Shown here one piece after another: positions 11,401 to 25,459 of a stretch of 62,078 nt of DNA. A model generated the notes under the pieces. It made no database searches. It saw nothing but the letters and a program-made list of their open reading frames with translations, and was not told the origin of the DNA. The translations under genes and the position numbers were made by a program. The DNA lies in the NCBI GenBank assembly GCA_030264375.1, contig JASCQW010000190.1, forward strand, positions 54,822,873 through 54,884,950, given 5' to 3'. This stretch comes from Carcharhinus longimanus. Its lineage: Eukaryota. Within the stretch, counting starts at the first letter, position 1. Each line of letters begins with the position of its first letter.

Positions 11401-14290
11401 GTTCTGGTCCCTTGTGTGCTATCATCCTTCACCTTGAGCACAAAGTTCACAAGTCATTTGAAGATTCACAAATCACTTTTTTTTAAAAATAGCTTTGCCT
11501 CTGAGTTTGTAATTCACTTGGCAATTCATTTTCAAATCGCCTGTTAGGAACTGGTACCAATACGACTAGACTATTCTGTAAAGGTTTGAAATTGGTCTCT
11601 GACTGGAATCTTTCCCCTACCCTTTTTAAAATACTGAAAGTCTTGAGTCACCCAAGTTACCCCTCAGATCTGCCAAATTAAAATGCTGTAGAAATTATTT
11701 CAGAATGTCCTTTACTGGAAGTCATAGTTGCAGGCAGTTGTTCTTTTGGCTTTATGGTCTTAATTTAGAATTTAAACTGATGGGGTAAAGAAATATCGGC
11801 AAATGTCTTGAATAAAATTTAATTTGGGCTATCTGAAGAGAAGCAAATTGGTGCTGGACATTCTCCATCCACTGATGTACACAAAGCAGGCAGTGGAAAA
11901 AAAAACTCATTGTAGTAAGAACAGTTTTGAATACTGTTCGTGACTTGATGTAGACCTTGGATGCAAATTTTCTATTTAAATTTCTTCAGTCAATTTTCTT
12001 CAACATTTACTCCAGAAAAGCTGTTGGCTTTACTGGCTTCGCCTGAGCCTAGATTTATGGTGGTAGAGTGTAGAATTGAGAAGTATGCTGGTGTGTAGAA
12101 ATTAGGCATATGTAGTAGAGGACAGTATAGGAACGTAATATCTCAACTTTTCACTGCAAATTAGTGGCTTTAATCCAATGTATTCCATGATTTAGTTTTT
12201 TGTTAAGGATCTCATGGGAAGTGTGGAATTAATTGTATGCTAAAAGGCCAGTAATTTGAGCTGGAATTTAATTAGACACTGATCGGCACCAAAAGTTGTT
12301 AATATTGCAGTTGAGTCAATTTATTGGAGGGGGAGGTGAATGTGTGCAAGAGAGAACTTTTTATTTGGCTCTCTCATTTTCTCTTGAAATATGTTCTCGA
12401 GTTTCTCTCCTTCTCTCCCAGTTTCTTTGCATGGAGTGCAGTTCCACAATGGGAAATAATTTTTCTTCCTTTCTTATAGTTCTTGTCAACTAGATAGTGT
12501 CTATTTTGATAGAGCAAAGGGTAGCATCTAATCGTGAAATTACTAGTAAACCAGCTATGTAGCCAGCTAAAACTAGCAGCATGGAACTTGCAATCTTACC
12601 CCAAATGTGTTCTGTGTGTGCACCTTCAATTATTTCAGAGACTTGGTGGCTAAGTAACTGTTAGAATGGCAGCTGCTGTTAATGCCTTTCTGCCATTTGT
12701 TATTAATGCATGGCACTTTTTTTTGTCACTGGTGACCTTGTGTTCCTGAGGATATGACCTTAACATGCCTCTTTCTTTGAATTNNNNNNNNNNNNNNNNN
12801 NNNNNNNNNNNNNNNNNNNNNNNNNNNNNNNNNNCTTTACTGCAGATGGTCTTATTTACTGTGTTTTATGGGACTGAGTTTGCTTTATGTTCAAATCTTT
12901 TATTGCTTGAAACTTGCTGTTAGGAAAGGGAATTTTGAAGTTGGGGTAGTTTGACTGCCTCGCGTAATGAGAGGGAACAGTTGATGGGATACTCTGTCGT
13001 GACTCTGAATAAGGACAGAATCTAGCTTGTCTCTGACATGGTCAAATAAGTAGGTTTTGAAGTTTACTCAGGATGGAGAAAGGAAGATGAGCCAGAAAAG
13101 TGTTATAGTTGGCTTTGGGAGGTGACAGACTTGGAGATTTTCTGCAGCAAGTGGGTTAAGGTGGGGTGGGTGTGGGAAATTTTCATGGTGGATTTGTTGC
13201 CTTGCAATCTTTCCATTGTGACAGATTGGATCTGCCCATTGCACCATTCCCTCCTGTAATTCCATGTGGAGACGAGGCTAGTAGGAATGAAACATTTGCT
13301 TTAAAAGTTAGTGATTTGTCCTCTCTTTCAACAACTAATTTGCCAGTACAATTTAAGATAACTGTATCCTCCATCACCTACGAGTTTTTCATTTCTTTAC
13401 TTTCAAAAAGGGCATTGCAGATAAAACTGGCATTGCAGTGATGCTCAACTCTGGGGTATTTTGATAAATTAGGTTGTACCCTGGAGCATTAGAGTTATGG
13501 CATCAAATAGTCACATTCTGATATTTTGGAGTTGTGAAAACATTGGCGTGATCTTCAAGAGTTATGTATCCTTCCTTGTGGAGGGAAGGGGATAATTTAA
13601 CAAGAGGCTGCAATAAATTGAGAGGTAATTTAAGTTGAGATGCTAATTGGTTGGTCTGTTACACGTGCTGTGTTTTTTTTAAACAGGAATTTTTACATTA
13701 CATCATCTTAAAATGAAAGCTTGTAATGTGTGTTTACTGAGCCACCCTACTGGCTCTTCTTCCTAACCTCTGAATTTCTTGTTAGTCAGCCATTAATTTC
13801 TTCACACTTTTTTTCCCAGCATCTAATGAAAATACTCTGGCGTTCTGCCAGAACAGTTAAAGCTGGCTCAGGTCCAGATGCTGAAGTGTCAATAACTGAA
13901 AGTTAAATAACGATTATACATTTTTATTATCCTGTTGACAGTGAGGTTGAAGAAAAGTTATAAAGAAGAACATTTGTTTTATGTATACTATTACCAGTTT
14001 AATGTCCAGATTAACCTGCTGTTCATGCACACGCTTATAAATGTGGATCGTCAGTTTTTAAAAACTTAATTTTTCTGTAATAGTTTGCAGTGAGTGCTTT
14101 TCATTCACTTTGAAATCTCTTTTTCTCCCCACCCTACCACCATTTTAAGTGTTGAACAATTATTTTGAATTGATTCTTTAATGTGCAGATCAATCAAGAT
14201 TTACAGCACACTGGTGTTTCTTTTTTGGATTACTAATAGGAATTTCTACAAGAGACTGAAAGTTAAAATGCTTTGAACCAGAAACTGGAT

Positions 14291-14569
14291 GGCGTGGTGG
14301 CACAATGTTTAGCATTGCTGCCTCACAATGCCAGAGACCTGGGTTCAATTCCAGCCTTGGGTGATTGTCCTTATGGAGTTTGTATGTCCTCCCTATGTCT
14401 GTGTGGGTTTCCTCCTGGTGCATTGGTTTCCTGCTACAGTCCAAAGATGTGCAGGTTAGGTCAATTGCCTGTTAGCGTCCCAAGATATGTAGGTTTCGGG
14501 GATGGGGCTTGGGTGGGGTGCTCTGACGGAAAGTTGGTGCAGACTCAATGGGCCAAATGACCTCCACTG
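14291..14569 (+). mobile_element. V-SINE (HE1-like)
   Basis: Same A/B boxes and central domain as 14-202, plus a CR1-type tail (gcagactcaatgggccaaatgacctc). Confidence 0.85.
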
Positions 14570-17500
14570 AAGTGGTCTCTAAACCGGAGTCAAAATTGTT
14601 TATAATTTGGCATAAACAGACCTGGACATGGAAAGAGTTAACAAATAATGCAGTTGACTAGAATGTGCTTCTGAGATGCAGCGTTCACTTACTGAACATA
14701 TCACAAGCTGCTGTACTTCTAACCTGGTGAGAGTTGACGTTGATAATGGGTGCTCAAAATGGCAATGTATCATTCACCAGGTGTAGTGTTTTTTAATGGA
14801 CACTGAAGCATTACCAGCAGTTATTTGGCATGAAATTTCAACAGTGCAGAATGTTTGTCCCATACTGGGAATGCTTAAATTCTGTAAAAAAAAAAAGCAA
14901 TCCGCCTCTTGAAATTCTAATGTTAATGTAAATAATAATGCAAAATAAACAGGTAGCAATGGCAAACTGAGTCATGTCTACTGAATGCAGGAGTACAGCT
15001 TGTTCTCTTGTAGTTGTGAGCTAGGCTTGCACACAGTCTCAATCCTTACAATATTTTTAAATTGAGTGAGGTATTTAAATTTTTTGTTCGTCTTTTTGCT
15101 GTTCTTTGTCTTGTTGTAGCTTTTCTGACTGCAGTTTGATTGGAAATGTATTGCTGTGAGGTGGCTGAGATACCTGTATGGATGGATATGTTAGCTGAGA
15201 ATTTGTTGGTAGATATTTTAGTTTGTGGGGGGTAAGAAAGAAATCCCAGCAGCATCTGTTTTGATCCTTATCTGATTTGTATGGATGGGCACTATATAAT
15301 GATCAGATGCTTCTGCTTTGATTTCCCCCCTCTTCCGTCAGTTTGGGCCAACGTGGCCAATTACCCTGTCCTTTGGCTAGGTAAGGATCAGGAAGTGAAT
15401 TTCATATTGTTCCTCTTTAGATTTTCATGTGAAGATATGATTGGGGCCAGCCAGAAAAGTTCTTCACGTTCCCCCCGATCAAGGAGGCTGCCACATGGCC
15501 TGAATGAGTTATTGAGCTTCTGACCATTCCATCGTCACTCAGCAGTTGTAGAAGAGCAAAGTTGGAGGGCTTTTGAGATTAAATTCTTATACTAGCAGCC
15601 TGTACCCAGATGTTCACATTGTATAGACATGGTGCTGTGTGTAATTATTTAATAGTCCACATCAAAGAACACCAGAGAACATCCTTCAGCTATGGAGAGT
15701 TTCTTGCTAGTTCAAAAAGTGGAGGGACAGAAGTGAAAAAGCATGAGAAACCAAGATGCTCTGAACAGATTGATCCAGATTTTCTGATTCCTGCTCATTT
15801 TTCATAGTTCTTCAAATCTCTCCCAGAGTATACACTGCCATATTTGTTCAGTTTTTGCTGGCTGTTATTTACTGTCTTTTGGTGGCCTTCATATTGCCCT
15901 TTGTGCAGAAAAGAGAGTGAATGGTAAGCTTGCTGTTTAAAGGAGCTGGGTAACTAGCAACTGGTGAGGCAGGGGATGATGAGCAAAATGGTAGTGTAAG
16001 GCGCTACCTGTGGCATCTCAGGAAGAGAGATTGCAGGAATTGTGACTGCATGTGTGGTGAATGAATTGTGATTGGAGCAAGCACAGTCTGATTGTCTGCA
16101 ATTATGTTTGCCCTTTTTGCTTAAAATTCTAACCTGGGGTTTTGGTAGATCTTTAGTGCCTCAAACGGTGTTAACTCTGATCCTCAACTCGCCCAATGTC
16201 CATGTTGAAACCATTTTCTTTCTCTCCTTTTTTCCTCCTACCACTATCATACCAGTGCACATAACACAGGGTATTGAGAAAAATGTATCTTTTCAATACT
16301 GCTACTAAGATCGCCAAACTTGGCACATGCCAGAGATTGAACTTGGGGCCTTCTTGACATAGTACTCACTGGGGAAATAACTTGCAATGGAGCTCTCCCT
16401 ATGGAAAATATTCATAACGTGGCACCAGTGGATTTTGGAAGGAAATGGCTGATTTTTTTTCTCTGTAAAGGATGTTGGTGAACATAAACAGTTATCATGG
16501 TCATTAATGCTGAAGCTAGCTTTATATTCCATATTTAAATTTAAATTCCACTAAATGCCACAATTTGAACATGTCCTAGAGCACTAGCCTGTGACCCTGG
16601 ATTATTAGTTCAGTGACATTGCAGCTGCACCACAGTCTCTCCTGTGGAACTTAACTGGGAACCAATTTGCAATTTGGGGAAGGAGATGACATGGTTTGTG
16701 GAAGTAATGTTGTTTTGAGTAACACCAACCCAGTTGAAGTGTATTGCCTATAAATCGTATCTTTGCAAATCAGCTTGTTACACGGTACTTTGATAAATTG
16801 TGTTATGATTTGGAAGCATTTTGATATTTAACAGCTGGGATGTTGCCAGCATTAAGCTGGCAGATACCCAAGTGATGATTGTACATGCACTTCTGTTCAT
16901 AAATTAAGGAAACCAGGGCTTTAAGTTTCATGCATTCTTTAATATACAATGGAATCATAAAATCATTAGATATGTTTGCTGAATGGTGGTTATAAAACTA
17001 TTGAGGTAATTCTTGTTCCCCAAACTGGAATCACTGGCTACAATTTCACAATTTGAAAATGGTGCTGAGAATGTTGATTTGGACAGCAGAAAGATGCTTT
17101 GTTTTCCTTCAGCTTAACAATATTGTAATTACCTTGAGGCAATTTTTAAAAAAATCCACAATATGTAGGCAGCCTATACTTGTTGCTTATCGCAAATTAT
17201 TCTTGAAGAGGTGGTTTCGTGCTGCTGTCTTGAATTGCTATAGTCCATGTAGTGTAAGTACACTCTCCGTGCTATTAGGGACTATGCTAATGTTCATTGG
17301 AGAGCCTGGCATTTTGTTTTGGAATCCTCTAGCAAGGCCCTATGGTGGTTGGCATGCAGTAATCACCTATGTTAAATAAAAATCACTGAGACCTCAGTGC
17401 CACATAGGCATCATAGCTGACAGACTCTGATGCCTTGACACCAGTGTTGCCCTAAATGAAACTTGACATAACCAGAGCCTCATGTTTCAAGCACCACCTG

Positions 17501-18939
17501 CCCACTAACTGATGGAATCGGCAGATTGAAATCTGGATTTAGCAACAGCCATCTTGGAATCCATCAGACCATAGTGAAATAAGTTGCCCTCTATCCCAAG
17601 GATCTGCCTAGGAGAGAATGTTATTGAGCTCTAAGATTTTGATCCAGCAACATTGAAGGAATATTGAAATGCTTGTAAGTCAGTGTGACTGGGGGAACTA
17701 CAGGATTTCATTATAATTGTTCTTTGTGATGGTAGGTGTCATGGCGTGGAAGCTGCTATCAAAAAAGCTTTGACTGCAGTACGTTTTGTAGATTGAAATA
17801 TAGAAAATGTATGGCACAGGAGGAAATCTGCGAGCTGGAAAGAGCTATCCAACCGAATCCAACTTTCAGCTCTTAGTCACACACCCGTGCAGACAACTGT
17901 TTTACTGGAGGGGTGTGGGGGCAAGAGGGTGAATGTTTAAGGTAGTGAATGGAGCACTAATTTAAAAAGCTATTTGTTGTGGATAGTATTGAGTTTTGTT
18001 GTTGAAGCTGCACTTATCTTGGCAAGAATGTTCCATCACGCTCCTACCTTCTGGACAGAATTGAGAGTAGGAATTGAGTTAATTGCCACGTAATTCCCAG
18101 CTGCTGGCCTGCTCAGGTAGCCACGGTATTTGCATGGCTGGTCCAATCCAGTTCCTGGTTGCTTGTGAACCTGAGTGTCTTAATTTGGGATTCAGCGATG
18201 GTAATGGCTAGAGAAATGTGATGGGAAGGCGGTAAGCTGACAAAATGTTGAGAAGTAAAAGTTACTGGTTACGTTGATCAAGTATTGTACTACAATCTTC
18301 CACCAAAGGGAGTTTTCTAATGATTAGGTCATTTAATTTTTTTGGCCCAAGTCTTTTTAATAGAAAATNNNNNNNNNNNNNNNNNNNNNNNNNNNNNNNN
18401 NNNNNNNNNNNNNNNNNNNNNNNNNNNNNNNNNNNNNNNNNNNNNNNNNNNNNNNNNNNNNNNNNNNNAAAATAATTGAAGATGCTGTAGCAGTAATAAA
18501 CATTGTTCAAATAATTACTTGTACTAACCAATTAAATAGTGTATTCATGTACTGTTCAGTTGCCAATCAACTTTAGTTGTGCAGTATTTGTCTCTAATCA
18601 ATGTGTTCCTTGGTTTTTCAAAAATCCCTGCCTCTAAATGTTAGTACTTTTGTCTATTTTTGCAACACATTCAGGGTATGTTTCTTTGGTGGATTGGCCT
18701 GCTATATTGTCCCTTGGTTTATTAGTGTAACAACTAGACTTGCATTAACACTGCAAAGAAGTAACTGAAAATTACCTCATTGTCACATTCCAGAGTCTAT
18801 TTGGGTACTGTTGCAAAATTGAGTTTGTGAAGTTGGAATTTGATGTTGGTAAAGATGTAAAAAAAATTGTAAAAACAGGAAAAAAATGTATAGCATGTTC
18901 CCTTAAAAGCTGGTGTTTTGTTACAATGCTTGGAGGTTT

Positions 18940-19641
18940 AAAATGCAAAGTATTTTGAGTCGAAGCTGAAACATTTGTATCAAAAGTCAAGCAGCAAGTC
19001 TAGTCTTTTTTAGCTTGACAAGGCAACCTGTTTGAATTTTGCCCAATCAATTTAAAGCAGGCACTCAGCTCCCCAAAACCTATAAGATTTGAATTTGATG
19101 TTGACAACATCAGACCAGTCCTATTATAGGAAAGTTGATAGTCATCACAAGTATAAAAGAGTGCGGGGGAAAAGCAGGAGAGCAACTGAAGGACTGCCGC
19201 CTCTTATGGCTCTAGAGGGGCGGAGATGCTCTCAACTCTGTCAGCTTCAAATATCTCAGAACACACCATCTAACTAGCGAAAAAGTACTAAATCAGAAAG
19301 AACTTGCAGACAGGAACTTTAAAAGTTTCTAAAAGCCACAATACCTGCTTGTATTTTTAAGTGATTGAATTCGATTATAATTCTTTTGTTAATGAATGAA
19401 TATTGTACTCATTTGAATCACATTCCAGTAGAATCTTATTTTATTTGATATGATTCTTCAGTTAAAGTTCCCTATTAGTTAAGTAAGTGTTCATTATAGA
19501 GTATCAGGTATTAGTTAACTGCTAGATGTCCTTCAGTAACATTTAGCAAAATGCAAAGTACTTGAGTCCAAGCTGAAACATTTGTATCAAAAATCAAGCA
19601 GTAGTCTTTTTTTAGCTTGACAAGGCAACCTGTTTGAATTT
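18940..19641. repeat. About 100-bp direct repeat (18940-19039 / 19548-19641)
   Basis: aaaatgcaaagta.ttgagtc.aagctgaaacatttgtatcaaaa.tcaagcag...tagtcttttttagcttgacaaggcaacctgtttgaattt occurs twice. Confidence 0.92.
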
Positions 19642-19750
19642 CACACCTTCCCGCACACTTTTTTTAACCGATTTACGAGGTGAGGTATTTCTCTCTGGGG
19701 ATTTGGCATAACCCTGCACAAAGTGGGTCAACCTCCCCATCATAACAGTA

Positions 19751-19934
19751 CACTGAAGAAGAATTTAGCATGGCGAATGCTCCTAACTAGCACATCTTTT
19801 GGACTGTGGGAGGAAACTGGAGCATCCACAGGAAATCCATACAGACACAGGAGAGCATGCAGATTCTGCAAAGACAGTGACCCAAGCTGGGAATTGAACC
19901 TGGGTCCCAGGCACTGAGGCTACAGTACTGACCA
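19751..19934 (-). mobile_element. V-SINE (HE1-like), partial
   Basis: Colinear with the 14-202 copy (gaatttagca...ggactgtgggaggaaac...gaattgaacctgggtccc). Confidence 0.8.
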
Positions 19935-19944
19935 ATTTTGTCTT

Positions 19945-20095
19945 TTTAAAAAGCATTTAGACAGTTACATGGGTAAGATGGGTAAAGAGGGATGTGGGCC
20001 AAATGTGGGCAATTGGGACTAGCTTAGGGGTTTAAAAGGGAGGCATGGACAAGCTGGGCCAAAGGGCTTGTTTCCATGCTGTAAACCTCTATTAC
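19945..20095 (+). mobile_element. Short CR1 3' tail, same subfamily as 22097-22255
   Basis: Both copies share aaaaagcatttagacagtt...gggccaaatgtg...gggcc.aagggct.gtttccatgctgtaaacctct. Confidence 0.75.
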
Positions 20096-22096
20096 TGTGT
20101 GCCGCAGGGTTAGGTGGATTATCCATGGTAAATGTCTGTGGGATGGGAATAGGGGCAGAGGGGAGACCCTGGATTTGATGCTGTTTCTGAGAGTCGATGC
20201 AAACTTGTCACATGGCCTCTTCCTGCACTATAGGAATTCTATGAATCCAGTGGTAAAGCTCTAAAAGATGATGTTGGATAATTGCCTTTTGTACATTTTG
20301 AATTTATATTTTCCATGCCACATTGCAAGAGCTAGGATTTAGCAGATTTCTTATGCCACCAATAGTGTAAATGATGGAGAGAATATAAAATAATGAACAG
20401 CCTAATTTTTCAAATTGTTTGCTATATTTGAAATGTTGGATTCGAGTTGCTTTTATGCCACCAAGCTAACAAACAGATAAATGATTCTGTTGTGAGGCTC
20501 GTTTAAAGTCACAAAGCAAATGAGACTTTTTTGGCTTGGAAGCAATTGTTAATAGAATCCATTAATGTTTGCCACAAGTGCTTGGGTACATCTATTGTGT
20601 TATAAAATTGCTGCTTTTGGCATGCAAAACGTGAATATGATTTCATGAAAGGACATCTGGACAATATGCAACATTGTTTTCATTAGGAAATTTCAATCTC
20701 CCTTTCTTCATAACCGTCTGCATTCTGCTAGTTCTGACCTCTAGTGTAGTCCAAATTATAATTGTGTTCTCATTGACTATACCTTTAGTTGCCAAGGGCT
20801 TAATCTCTGGAATTCCCTTCCCCGCCTCTCCACCTCACTTTCCTCCTTTGACACATTCCTTAAAACCTTGCTGTTTGACCAAGCTTTTAAGCATGACCTA
20901 ATGTGACTGGGGGATATTACACTTTCTTTTTATAAAGATTGTGTGAAATATGTTTCATTCAGTCAGTTTTTAAACAAATGCAATGTATACAGCTGTAGAA
21001 TTTATAATCTGACTGAGATGATGTATATTTACATTAAATTTTTGAGATTTGATAAAATAATGTAGCCTAGTGTTGATTAAAATCTCTAAAATGTGCAAAG
21101 CATTTGACAAAATGCATATCCACTTGGGGTGGCCTTGTTTATTCAGAAGAATGGTTTTGAATTAACTGCATTTAATGTAGATGTGGAATTCTTGCCTGAT
21201 CCATTTCGGTGGAGCTTTGAAAGGATAGTGCCCCTCCTCTCAGTTGTGCTGCTGTCGAGGGTTAGATTTCAGAAGCGTAGCATTCCATTTATATTCATCT
21301 GGTTATTTAAAAAAAAATAGAAGTTGAAAGAAACTGGTATGTTTGTGTGACCACCAGAGGAGCTATTCATGAATTTAGCATTTTCTTTGCAGTGGTCTCA
21401 TTGAAGCATTTAGCATATGCTCCTCTGCTGTACTGCTTGAGGAGGGAGCAAAAGGTGATTCTTTTGACCTGCTGATCATGTTTCCTATTCTCTTTCCCCC
21501 CCCCCCCAAACTCCAAGGAGATTCTGAATGGTAATAGAGCCTTTGTTTTATATGCTAATTCCATACAAAACAGGATTTTACTCCCCTGCCTGGTTAGCTG
21601 TGTCTTGAAAGTTTTAAGAATCAAAATTTCTTTGGACTGTGGGTGAATGGCTCTAAAGTTCTAGTGCTTTTCAGTGGGTTTAGATTTCAGTCAGTGTTTT
21701 TTCTAATTTGGTTTTGTGGGCCAGTGGATTGTACACCAATGTAGAAAACGGCTGAGAATTTTGAGAATTGTTCTGAAGTGCCATAAAGTTATCAGTTTTA
21801 TTGGGGTTTTGACAGGAGAATTTGTCTTCCATTTTCACGTGCTGAAGCTTTTCACCAAATACTTTTTAAAACTTCATATTTTCCCCTTTGAAGCTTGTTT
21901 ACAAGGCTTGAGGATTCAATTGTGGTCTATGCTGGTTAGCTAATTTCAGACAGGGTGAAGAGTAGTTATGTGGAATTAATACTAGAGAAAGAAATTAATT
22001 TTCCCATGCAACTGGAATTAATGCCTAGATCACAAGTTGCTAATAATTTGGAGAATCTCGCTTTAGATGAGATAGTGGAGGTGAATTCTGACTCTA

Positions 22097-22255
22097 AAAA
22101 GCATTTAGACAGTTGCATGGTTAAGATTGGTATAAAGGGATATGGGCCAAATGTGCACAGTTGAGACTAACTCAGTGATTAAAAATTGGGCAGCGTGGTT
22201 AAGTTGGGCCGAAGGGCTGGGTTTCCATGCTGTAAACCTCTCATTCTATGACTCT
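22097..22255 (+). mobile_element. Short CR1 3' tail
   Basis: Colinear with 19945-20095. Confidence 0.75.
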
Positions 22256-25200
22256 ACTTGGTCCATTTTGGAACTGATCAGCATGAGTTAGTGCCCACAG
22301 AAAAGATGTAGAACAAAATCTGTTTGGAGAGCCAAAACTTCAGGTATCCTGCCTCTTGAGAGGCTGTGGTTTGCCTCTGCCTTGTGTTAATGCAATGGGA
22401 ATCAATGTCCTTTTCTTCTTTGGTTTTAACAAATGTCACCAAATCCAGTATATTCATCTTTTTTCTAAATAGAAGCTGAATGAAAGCAGTGTTTGTGTGA
22501 GATTAAAGGGGTTTTGCCCTTCAAACAAGCATACATTCTTTGTGTCATGTGTTGAAAAAGATGTAATGAAAGTTGACTTCCCTTGCCCAATTGCAAGACC
22601 GTGGTCTGGAAACCACTTGTTTTCACATTTAATATTCAAAATCCTAGCAACATTTTTGGGCCTGGGATAAATGTACTCCACCTGTGAAACTGTAGGAACC
22701 TCACTTGGATGTCTACAAAATAAAACTGCATCTAAAAATCCTCCCAATTATTTGACTGAAATACATTCTGATACAAGTCATCTTGCATTATGATCTTGTA
22801 TTGTAGTTCTAGATCTTCCAGCACTTGTCTATGGGGCCTATTTGTGCAGATTCTTGAGGCAAGAGAAAATACCAAGTATCCCATGTGGTCTCTCCTGCAT
22901 CACACTAATAACAGAAAATGCTGGAGAAACCTAGTAGGTCTGACTGCATCTGTGGAGAGAGAATAGAGCCAACGCTTCGACCCTTCAAAGACAGCATTTG
23001 TTTATATTTCAGATTCCAGAATTCACAGTATTTTGTCTTTAACAGACTAATAATGTTTCCTTGAGTCATAGTTTTTATATGGGATAAGTGCTGCTGCAAT
23101 CAATAGCACTTGTTGTGTGCACCATAAAGATGGAAAAATCTGGAGCTCGAATTCTACCATACCATTGTCAATCTCTAGAGTCCATTGGATCCCAAGATTT
23201 CCAGTCCAATAGTGCTATTCTGGAATCCATCTGGATAACAGAATCATGTCTGCACAATGGTACTGAGACTTGCATGGAGTTAAATTGAATTAAGGAGGTC
23301 TGTGAATTTAGACTTTTATTCTTTTGAGGATATGGTGGAAAGAACATTAACATGTTCTTAGTGCAAAGCTTGAAATCTGTTGTGTTCATTTCCTGTCTCA
23401 CTCCCTTTTCACAATTTAACTAGCATAATCAATATCTCAATGTTATCAAACCTTGACATTTATCTGTAGCAAAATAAATGGCTTAATTTATACTGTCCAA
23501 TTTGGTTGTGTTCAAATCTATGCTGAAATTCTGTAGTGCCCTGTTGTATCTGGATGACAGTGGTTGTGGCCATCCAGGCTCCAGAAGCTATACGAATGAA
23601 AGCATTATGCTCATTCATATGTCAGAAAGAAGAGCTATGACTGACAGTTTGATTATTGTTTTGAATCTTTTTGTCCTGGTGTTTAGGTAGTGTGGAGCAG
23701 CAAGGGCGAGGCTTATGTTAAAATTAAGAGAAGCATTCTTTCTATGAAGCAATTAGAAAGATGTTGGAGGTAACATTTTTGAGGGTGGGGAAGTGATGCC
23801 AATTACCTTGTGTTGAAATAAAATGCATCTTGAAACACATGTCTTTTTAATCAGTGGACTGGGTTAAATTGAACTATTTGTTTTGGCCACTGGCTTTAAA
23901 GCCCAAGTATTCCAAAACCAATGCATGGCAAACTTTGACATTAAGGCTGATCTGTTTTGACTGGTCTTGCCAAGTGCTACCAGTCTATGTGCCGAAGCAG
24001 CCATGATTGATAGGACATCATCTCTGTAGGAACAATACTATCCTTTGCATGTACAGATAGACTTGCACCTGCATGTATTGATGGGTGCACAAGATGCAGC
24101 TAGCTTACAGGGAGGTGAAATAAATGTTTATTGAAATAATTGTTCATTTAATTAAAAACAATAAAAGGTTTTTGTTGCAATATTTTGGAACAGATTATAA
24201 TAGATTTTATTATATCTGGCTTTAGATACTAATTTGTGTTCTTAGAAAGTTGAAGTGTAGCATGTATCATTTGGCGATGTACAAATCCTCTGCCTGTGGT
24301 TTTGATGTTTAAGTTCTATCTAGACCCATAATAAACATCATTTTCCCTGTTACTAAGACTTCTTAAAAGTAGACAGATTGATAATTTGACCTGAGAAGCT
24401 GTTTAAAATTGTACCAGTAAAGAAAGCCTAGATGTTTATATACAAGATTAACTAGGTAGAACTTAATGTAGGATTTGCAGCCCTAGACTGTGTGTAAATC
24501 TGATATCTGTTCATTGAAGATGCTGCAGTTTTGATGCCGCACCCACCATTTGTCTGTAGGCTTTTTGTTTTTGGTATTCAAGGTGCATTTCTCCTGTTTT
24601 TTGACAATCTGTATATTCTTGTGAGCAGGCAAATGAGTTGATTCATTCTGCTTTACTACAATTGATAACCTTGCAAAGCATAGGAGCAATTTGTTATTCA
24701 AACATAGTACTTTCTCATATGACCTAATGTTTAACTGATGGCTGGAATCTTACATATATGAATTGGGAACAGAGTAGGCCATTTCTCCCCATGAGCCTGC
24801 TCTACTTGGTAAGATCATGGTTAATCTGATTGTGGCCAAAACGTGATATTCCTGTGTACTCCCATAACCATTAGCTCCCATGTTAGTCAAAAATCTATCC
24901 ACTATGATCTATCCTTTGCAGACTCTGTCCTCTTTGCAACTTAATTTCCTACTTATCTTTGATTAGCAATCATTCATGTGGTCTTTTCATTCACATCATT
25001 ATTGTAAGAATTGAGGGCCCAGACTGAACCTAATGGCACTCAACTTGTCACATCTTGCTGACCAGAAATTGGCCCTTTTGTTGATACTGTTTCTTAGCCA
25101 ATTAATATGTTACCACCTACACCATGAGCTCTTAATTTGCGTAATGACCTTTCATGTGGCATCTAATCAAATACAATCTGGAAATCATATTGTGTGTGCA

Positions 25201-25459
25201 GTTAAGTGGTGGGAAATTGTTAGATGCCCATGATTCTCTTAGACATGGTTTTAGTAATATTTTCTCTGACGTTCTGAACTAGTTGAAGACTACTTACTTT
25301 CATCAATGATGACAGGAAAACAAGGAAGGAACTTTTCACAAAGCATTTGTAGACTTCTTGGCACCATGATCAGAACAGCACTAATGGAAGCCTTGGGGTG
25401 GGTCTGTTCCATGCTACCTGCCACATTTGACCTCAGGAGCCAAAGCATGCCAGCATCTT

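Noticed and set aside
14291-14360. tRNA gene
   Set aside because: The A/B boxes belong to SINE heads followed by the V-domain. No cloverleaf can be formed.
17406-17435. 30-bp imperfect palindrome AGGCATCA...TGATGCCT
   Set aside because: Too short and isolated to separate from chance or a repeat remnant.
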